This document shows, in pieces, positions 29,734 to 38,200 of a DNA stretch of 64,000 nt (the stretch's first letter is position 1; every line of letters starts with the position of its first letter). The stretch is from a virus, in IMG/VR virus record IMGVR_UViG_3300035698_010959; one strand, given 5' to 3'. The position numbers were made by a program, and so were the translations under genes. The notes under the pieces were generated by a model. That model was not told the origin of the DNA and did no database searches. It saw only the letters and a program-made list of their open reading frames with translations.

Positions 29734-30641
29734 GTGATACTATACTCCTTCTCTATAGTTTTGTGTAATATATCATTAAACTTATCTATAAAGTTAGGGG
29801 CTGCTGATGTTAGGTTTGTACAATTTGAACCTCTACAAATATTCCAACCAGATTCTGATTTGTTGTTGGATACAGATATAGAAAGTATACGTAATGCCCA
29901 AGCAATATATGTGGCTCCATTTATTGAGCCAAGTACAAACTTACACCTACTATTAGATATAAGTGCGGCTGTATGTATTAAGGATACTTCATTTTTTGTT
30001 AAATCTATACAACCCCAGGTTGGTGGAATATCTAAATATTTTACTGTATCAGTAAAGCTTTCCATATCCTCTACTACTATGTAAGGTATTCCAGTTTTTA
30101 TTATAGCTTTAGATGTATGTAGAAACTTGTTTCCAATATCCTTTTTTGGTTTATATATCCATGGATAGGCATTATCTTTTATATCTACTTTCCATCCTCC
30201 ATGTGTTTCTAAGTTACAGGCGTATCCATTTATTACATTCCAGGTTGGAGGTATTTCTGGGTTTAGCCTATCATATCCTTCTGGTTTTGCTATTTCTTCA
30301 GGCTTTATCTCTCTCTTTTCTGATATTTCTTTTATTTGCTCATCTATATGTGCTTTCTTAGTAGACCTTCTATTGAGTTCTTCTTTATATGTTGTATCAG
30401 AATCACTTTCTAGTGTATGTACAAAATCATAAGTTAGCAGCGCATCTGTAACCACATTGTCTTCATATACGTTGTTTATAAACCATGCACCATTTCTTAC
30501 ATACTCTGCTTGATTAGTATTCTTGATAACAAGGTCTATAGTAATATAGTGGTGTTGTTTCTTTAGCTCCTCTACTGCAGCCATTGCTGCAAGCAGTTCC
30601 CAATCATGCCCTTCAAAGCGTAATAGAATTGATTTTTTCAA
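29721..30641 (-). CDS. Divergent GT9 (heptosyltransferase-like) protein
   Basis: N-terminal ILLRFEGHDWELLAAMAAVEELKKQH..ITIDLV and TAALISNSRCKFVLGSINGATYIAWAL echo GT9 motifs (GD and DSG..H are altered). Confidence 0.5.
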   Translation of the reverse strand: MKKSILLRFEGHDWELLAAMAAVEELKKQHHYITIDLVIKNTNQAEYVRNGAWFINNVYEDNVVTDALLTYDFVHTLESDSDTTYKEELNRRSTKKAHIDEQIKEISEKREIKPEEIAKPEGYDRLNPEIPPTWNVINGYACNLETHGGWKVDIKDNAYPWIYKPKKDIGNKFLHTSKAIIKTGIPYIVVEDMESFTDTVKYLDIPPTWGCIDLTKNEVSLIHTAALISNSRCKFVLGSINGATYIAWALRILSISVSNNKSESGWNICRGSNCTNLTSAAPNFIDKFNDILHKTIEKEYSITWTT

Positions 30642-30655
30642 GTATAGTTATCTCC

Positions 30656-30937
30656 TTATTTTGGTGGTCTACCCCTTGGTTTGATTATGTTTTTTAATAT
30701 GTATGGAGTAGGTATGTAGGCATGTATAGTGTCCCCTGGCTGTAGTTGTGTATCTACAAATCCTCTAGATAAACTATAAGTTATATTAACAGATGTTTCA
30801 TCTATTTTTTCATAGTGTTCTGGTGTAATAATTGCGCCTGTAGTTGTTATTAGTAGAATGTCTTCTAAGTTATAATCTGATTCTGGTAGTGTAATTCTAC
30901 AAGTGTATTTGTTTGGTCTTAATGTTTTTATATACAT
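30656..30937 (-). CDS. Hypothetical protein with C-terminal AT-hook
   Basis: Ends KPRGRPPK. Confidence 0.5.
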   Translation of the reverse strand: MYIKTLRPNKYTCRITLPESDYNLEDILLITTTGAIITPEHYEKIDETSVNITYSLSRGFVDTQLQPGDTIHAYIPTPYILKNIIKPRGRPPK

Positions 30938-30939
30938 AG

Positions 30940-32136
30940 TTAGCCCTCCTGATACATCTTATATGTCCACAGTTCATCTGTGTTTGGTATATCATAGAAT
31001 GGGAAGAATGATGTATCTAATCTTAGTATGCTTCCATCCTCTCCTTGCTTTATTGTAACTATCCAACCACCTAGATGTGCTGGAAGTCGTTTCTTTCTCA
31101 TGAATGGTGTTTGCATTTCTGTACATCCTGCTAAAAGTATGTGACAATTTCTGTAGAAAAAGTATCCTGCTTTATGATAGTGCCCCATTATTAACATGTG
31201 TGGTTTATCTCCACCCATATAAGATGATACTTCTTTCTGAGGGGCATGGCTAATCGACTCGGCACTTCCTCCACCAGGATGGTTTATACGTATTCGAGTA
31301 GGTGCTATACCGTCTGGATGTGTTATTTCTACATCGTGCTCCATGTATCCAAGATAATGTAAGTCTGTGCGTCCTGCGCGTTTTGCAACATCTTCAGCAT
31401 ATTGTCCAATATCAACTCCTGTTGATTGTACCCACCAGCCCTCATGGTCATCTCCTGCTATATAGTATGTATCTATATTTGGTCTACTTGGATAGTTCTT
31501 TACAAAATAGTTTACTTGATTACCAAGTCCATGTATATTTAAATCTTGTTTGTTGAAGTTCTTTTCCCCATCTACCCAGTTACCGGCATTATATACCGTT
31601 GTAACTCCTTCTTCTTCAAATATGTCATATAAATCATGTAGTACATCTTCTCTTGCGTATTTAGAGCATAAATGGTTATCGGATACAACTCCAAACTTAA
31701 AGGTGTTTCCGTTTGAATAGTTTACCATGTGTTGTGATTTTTTTCCAATTGGTGGAGGAGAAAACTGTATGAATGGTTTATTAGAAGAGTCTACTAGATA
31801 GCGTTTTGCGGATAGTCTTTCTGCGGCTTCTTCTATTCTTTTTGGTGAGATATCTAAAGCATTAGCGGCTTCATCTATAGTGAGTGCAGTTTGTGATCTC
31901 TTTAAAAGTTTTAATAATTTTAAATCTCTGTCATCTTCTGGTATATCTTCTTCTGGCATATCTGTTATAGGATCAAAATCCTTTCGTGCAGGAAGTTCTC
32001 CTATTGTTTTGCATACCCTTAAAAACTTTCCTACTTTATCAGGAGTTGATTCAAACATATTACTTAGTTGTAAATCTGATGCTCCTGCTCGATATGCTGT
32101 TTTAAATCTTTCTAAGTCATTAGGTTCCCAGGCCAT
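30940..32136 (-). CDS. Calcineurin-like metallophosphoesterase with N-terminal HTH regions
   Basis: VVSDNH, AGNWVDG, AGDDHE, NHPGGG, MGHYH; wHTH-like LTIDEAANALDISPKRIEE; AAGGAG RBS. Confidence 0.85.
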   Translation of the reverse strand: MAWEPNDLERFKTAYRAGASDLQLSNMFESTPDKVGKFLRVCKTIGELPARKDFDPITDMPEEDIPEDDRDLKLLKLLKRSQTALTIDEAANALDISPKRIEEAAERLSAKRYLVDSSNKPFIQFSPPPIGKKSQHMVNYSNGNTFKFGVVSDNHLCSKYAREDVLHDLYDIFEEEGVTTVYNAGNWVDGEKNFNKQDLNIHGLGNQVNYFVKNYPSRPNIDTYYIAGDDHEGWWVQSTGVDIGQYAEDVAKRAGRTDLHYLGYMEHDVEITHPDGIAPTRIRINHPGGGSAESISHAPQKEVSSYMGGDKPHMLIMGHYHKAGYFFYRNCHILLAGCTEMQTPFMRKKRLPAHLGGWIVTIKQGEDGSILRLDTSFFPFYDIPNTDELWTYKMYQEG

Positions 32137-32176
32137 GTTGATCTCCTTTATAATTAGAGTTGGCTTTTACAATTAT

Positions 32177-32205
32177 ATTATAGCATACTTTTACTAATTT
32201 ATCTA
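32177..32205 (-). promoter_or_regulatory. sigma70-type promoter with extended -10 for the accessory cassette
   Basis: TAGATA-N17-TATAAT with TGC before the -10, immediately after the stop of the 2936-aa gene. Confidence 0.7.
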
Positions 32206-32209
32206 GTAT

Positions 32210-35200
32210 TTATCCATATAAATTTAAAGTTTCTGCGATTTCTTTCATTCTATTTTGTCTTACATTCATTGCTATATTTATGTTGTCTGATGAGGCATTG
32301 GCATCTGGAACTGAGTTTACCCTAATTCGTAGATTTTTTATACCATTTCCTGATAGTAAATTGTTTAAAGTTTTTTGAATATGTGAAGATGAACCATGTA
32401 CTGTTGGTAGTTGTACTTCATTTGTATTATGTTCTGCTTCAACTACAACCTGTGGATAGAAACCATAGTCAAGAGGGTCTGTATGTTCTTGTACTGTAGT
32501 TCTTGCTTTAAGTTGTTCTAAGTCTACTTCTGGTGACCATCCTTTCCAGGATTCACCTGGAAGTGTGTGTACTTTAAAGTAATCACCGAGTAGTTTTCTT
32601 TTTGGTATATCTTCTTCTTCAATACCAAGGTGTATTCCAAGTAGCCTTTGTTCGTAATCTGGGAGAAGTCTATAGGCTTTTTTTCTTTCTTCTGGTGTTG
32701 ATCCTGTTATCAATCCATTTATTATTTCTCGTTCATACTTTGGGAGTGCTCTAAATATATTCATGTATGGTCCGCCAGGATCGGCTCCATACATTGTTGA
32801 TCTATATTTTTGTTGATATAATACTGCTTGTGTTGCTAGTGGTCCAAGTGCTACTGTCTCGGATCTACTTTGTAGTTCTTGTATTTCTGCTCTGATAGCC
32901 AACTCTTCTTTTGATCCACGTTCATTAGCTAATAGGTGTTTTCTTCTTTTATCCTCTAGCTCTCTAATCTTTTCTTTTCTCCACTGTCCAAGATTACGAG
33001 CCCGATCATCTATTTCTTCTACGTCTGTTCCTTCTTCATCATTAGCTAGTTTAGCAGTTGCTTCATATAGTCTTCTATATTTTATATACTCTAAGGTATC
33101 ATAATATTCTTCTACATCTCTTCTCTTTTGTGTTCTATTTGGTATCCAAGGCTCTCCTGTTAGTGCTTCTTGTCCTTGTCGAAGTATTGAAAGTCCAGCT
33201 CCTATTGCTGCTCCAGCAAGCGCTGCTTTGCCTCTCATCTTTTTTGTTCTCATAAATAGAGAGGAAAATACTCCCGCTCCTACTGCTGCGCCTATTGCTC
33301 CTTTAGCTACATATGACTGTATTGTTGGTTCAATGTAAGAACTATAAGCAGACTCCCAGCGTCCATATTTTTTTCCATAAACTTGACTTCTTACATATTC
33401 TTCATAAGGAGATCTGATTTTAAGAAATTTTGAATTGAGCATTGTATCAGCATGAGATATTGTCTCATAGCGTGCTCCAGCAGTTATTTCTTTTTCAGTA
33501 AATCGAGCATATATACCAGCAGCAGACCATTCTTCTTTTTCTATTCCAACTCCAGTTTGTATTAGATCAGCATTAATGTTTCTATTGTGTGCCATGACAA
33601 CAGCATGCTGTGTTCCAAGTACATCGTCAGCATATCTATCTTCTGGATCTTTATTTACTAAAGCTGTTACTTTTGTACCTTTGCGAATACCGTACTGACG
33701 ATATAATACTTCAGCTGGAGATAGGTTTTCATTTTCTCCATACTCATCTGTAATTCTTTGATTAGAAGCCCTTACTCCAGCAAGACGCAGTGGATGTTCA
33801 GATTCTCTAACCTGTAGTGTATTGGCATCCATTATGTTACTGACTGTATATGTCTGTTCTTCTACATTTGCGTTTTTAAATCTATATGGAAATAAATCAA
33901 GCCGTTTCTTTTGTGCTCCAGCTCTTTTCTTAGCAGCCTGAAATCTATCTCTTTGATCTTCTGTTAGTTGGTCATCATGTGGTAGATATCCCTTTAGTTG
34001 TTTATATTCCTGTGAATATGGCGAATTATGTGTTGCATACCCTAATACACAAAAAGAATTATCGTCCTCTATTGTCCAGTTATATACCTCTCCAGAGTAG
34101 GGCTGCTTTTCTGTTTTTATTACTTTACTTACTAAATAGTTACCATCTATCCATGCTTGTCGCCTTCTATTTTCAGGCCGTACATAGCTTGGAGCTTTTC
34201 CAGTTACCCATGTAACAAAGTCATATGCTACAGTACCAAACATCCTAACTCTATAAATTTGTCGTCTATCTTGTTTAGGAAAGTATGACTTTCTTGTGGT
34301 AAATTGGACACTTGCTACAAATCCGTTTTGTAGAAGCATATCTCTAATGCCTAAAGCAAGTTTAAGGCTAATAGTAGTCATTTCGGCTTGTAGTTGATGC
34401 CCAGTTTTACAATCATTGTGTTTGGATGCACATAAACAACCATCACCTGCAAAGTAACTAGATAGTAATTGACGTTGGAGTTCCGAATCTAGATTAAAAG
34501 CCCATTGTGGTAATTGTTTTGTTGCGGAACGTTGTCCAAATATATTACAAAATAATTTTCCTATTGTTTGATTAGTTACACATACATACCTTGAATTACT
34601 TTCTGGTTTTGTAAATATTTTTGGAGTAGTTTCACAAATATCTGCAAAGTAATCTTTTAGAAAATTTGCTGTTTCTATCTCATTTATGTTAAGGCTAAAT
34701 ATTAAACCTTTTGGTTGATGAGTTTTAGTTGATCTACCATTAGATGAGCCTTCTGCAAGATATACGCCAGCTGCTTTAGCAAATCTAGCATCTACTAGAA
34801 GTTGGGATATACAAAATGTATTACATCCTTGTCGTTTGGGATGTAGCCAAGTATCTTCACGTAGTGTATAACTATCTGGTAATATATCTTTAATATTTAA
34901 GAAATTAGGTGGTGTTTCTTTTTTAGGAATTGGATACAATACTACATCATTGGACCTAATATCTCCTAATGCAACCCAGTCTGCTGTATCTATAGGATAG
35001 CAATATCTATTAAATTCGTTTTCATCAGATATAATATTATCATTGTTGGCGTTATATTGTGGTATATTTTTAGCATTGCTTGGGGCTTTAATTGTGTAAA
35101 TCGGATGTTCTGGAGTTGCTAATAATGGGTGTGCTGGTATGAATGCAACATTTAGTTTTATGAGATGTGGACTATAGTGGCGTATAGCACAACGAGTGAC

Positions 35201-38200
35201 AGCTTTAGAATCTCCTTTATGGGAAATAACTCTATCACCAACTTTAACATCTTTTGCTAGTTTTACTGAGCCATCTGATGTGCGTATATACGTAAGTGGA
35301 TGTACACACGTATCTGCCAGGATCTCAAATCTTGTTGTCATATCATATAGATCTGCTCTTGATACCTCGCCGGAGTCAATCATTTCTCTAACTTTTGATC
35401 GTGCTTCTTCTACTTTCTGGAATAGATTAGATACTCTTCTTTTTGAATATCCTACATGTTCTATTCTTGTTTGTTCTGGATTGTCTCTATTCATATAGAA
35501 TAGCAATCCTCTGTGTATTCCAGATTCATTCATGTAGAAGTTTAACTGATCTAAGTGACTTGCGAATATTTCTCCAGAATTAAATCTTTTATCTGACATA
35601 GATTTAATTTCTGTTACATATTTTTTACCATCTAAGTTTAATAACGCATCCATATGTCCAGAGATACCTAACTCTGGATTATAAAGTTCTACTTCTTCAT
35701 CTTCTAATATACCAAGTTTTTTCCATTTGTTTTGGTATTTTTTGTGTATTTGAGTTCCTTCATCCATTATGTTTTCCATATAAGCAGAGTTGGCTTCTTT
35801 TATGTTTACCATTTCTGCTACTAACTCATTTACACTTTTACCAAGAGAGGATGCTCGTGTTCTCATTAAAGGCATATTATGTATGCGTTCATATGCACTT
35901 CCAGGTAGTCTTACTTCCCCCGCCGCTCGTAATTTTGTATACATGTCTCCTGTTTGGAAATTCGTGAAATAATTAGACCCAGGTAGCCATGTTTCTTCAA
36001 AAGCGTTTGGTACTGTATTGTATTCCTCTACCTGTCTAAATCTGTGAGGCATAAATCTTCTACCTATCTCGGAGTTATGTACAATCATACCAATTGTACA
36101 GAAACTTGGATCTCCATCCATAGTAAAGTCATATACTAATCCTTCATAAGCTGTTGGATAGTTTTCTTTTACTTTGAAATAGATAAAATTAGCGTCTCTC
36201 CAGGAAAGCCCTTCATTGTTTGAGTTATCTGGTTGATAATTACCAAAATGTAATAAGCCTAATTGATCTCTTAAATTTCTTGCGTCATTTCCATTTAAAG
36301 TTACACAAAATTGTGGCTTTGTTTTATATCTTTTTTTTGTAATGTCATTAATAAAGAATCTTCGTTTTCTATTTTTTATAGATAAACTTGGAGTATATCC
36401 TAACATTATTAAGATATTAAATATTTGTAACGCCAGTTTATATGCTACAATAGATATTCGTAGATCTGTTTTATTTGTTCTATCAGACCTACAATGCCCA
36501 TCTCCACGAAATAGTCCTTCTAATATTCCTAATAAAAATTCTTTTGGTGTATTTAATAGTTCTGAAGGAATACGTTTATCATTCTTTGCTCCAAAGGCAG
36601 CAAATATGAATTCGGCAAGAACTCTATTACATACCCTTGTATACCAGTATCCTTCTTTTGTTGTTGCTGCTGTAGTATTTAATCCTAAAGAGTTTGCAAA
36701 ATCTTTACAGAATGTGGCATAAGATTCTTCATCTCTATCATAGGCAAAATGAATTTCATAAAGTCTTCCTTTATCTCTATTACCAAAACTTCCCTCTGCT
36801 AACCATAGTCCTAAAAACTTTCCTAAGTCTTTTGTTAATAGTAGTTCTTTTGGAAAGGATACTGCTGCGTTTTTACAATTATCAAAGGCAAATCTGTTAT
36901 CAAAATCTGTTATAGAAGATAGTCCTATAGTAGTTACTATATTTAATTTAGTTAGTATATTACTTTGTTTGGGTATTGGATATGCTATATAATCTCCTTT
37001 CTTTATGTATTTTGCTGCTATCCATTCTGGAGTATAGTGTTGATGATAGTTAAATTCACAGGATTGGAATTTATTACAGTGTGGAATACAAGATGAATTC
37101 TTTTTTCTTCCATCTTTATGTTCACAATATTCTGTACTTATTGCGAATACTGGATGTTCACTTGTGGCACTAAGAGGAAATCCACCACAGTATGTTTCTA
37201 TACAGCGTATGTCTTCATTAATATGTCGGCTATGTACTGCTAATACTTCTTGTGGTATTCCATATCTGGATAGTAGTGTGGTTCCAGTTGTAATATCTTT
37301 TACTTCTATTGGTGTACCAAAGTCTTGTTGTAGTAACATATTTGGAGTAAGACAAAGAAAACCTCCTAATCCTCCAAGCTCCGCTTCCCAGTATTTACGT
37401 TCATAACTGTATGCTCTTGAAGCATCAGCCATTACTGTTCCAGTTCTATCTCCAAGAGGAATACCTGCCATCCATCCATAGAGTCCCATCATTTCTCGCG
37501 TTAGATAACTACCTAATTCTGCGTTACCTATGTAATCAACATCTTCTAGTTGTTCTGCTGTAAATGCTTTTTCTTGTCCATAGATATCTTGTAGGCGTGC
37601 TGGTATATTAGATGAACCTTGTGATTTAAGTTCTCTATTTATTTTTTCAAGTTGTTTACGTATTACACGCCTTGCTCCACCTATTGTTCTTTTACTCCAT
37701 GGATCTGACATACCTGGTGGAAGTTCAGATAGTGCTACTTGTCCTGCTGAGGTTAGAGTAGCAAGAGAACCTTCAGTCAATATCATTGGACTAGCAGAGT
37801 AGTCTGCTAGGGTTTCACTTCCTTTTCCACCTCTAATTGGTTGGTTCCATTTTCCTCCACCTGCTTTTGCTTCATGCTTAGTAGCTTCATTTAGTGCTCT
37901 TAATTGTTTTTTAGATTGTGTTTCTTCTAAGTTTTCTGGCAGATAATCTGGGTGTAATACTCTTCTCGGTTTTATTATCTTTCCTATTGTTGCGTTTAGT
38001 ATTGGACCCCATAGTGTTTCACGAGTAAAAGGCTCACCCGAAAAAATGTATGGCCGATCTGGATTTGGGCCTACAGAATGTTTGTGCTCAAAAGCGTACG
38101 GATCTAATAGCCTATTGATAGTACTGAGTGGGTATCGAGGTGTAGGGATAGCAGATCGACTCCAATAATCTTTATTGTTATAATCTACATTCTCAGCGCC

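Noticed and set aside
35400-35860. Cas4 / CRISPR system
   Set aside because: No Fe-S cysteines, no other cas genes and no repeat-spacer array seen.
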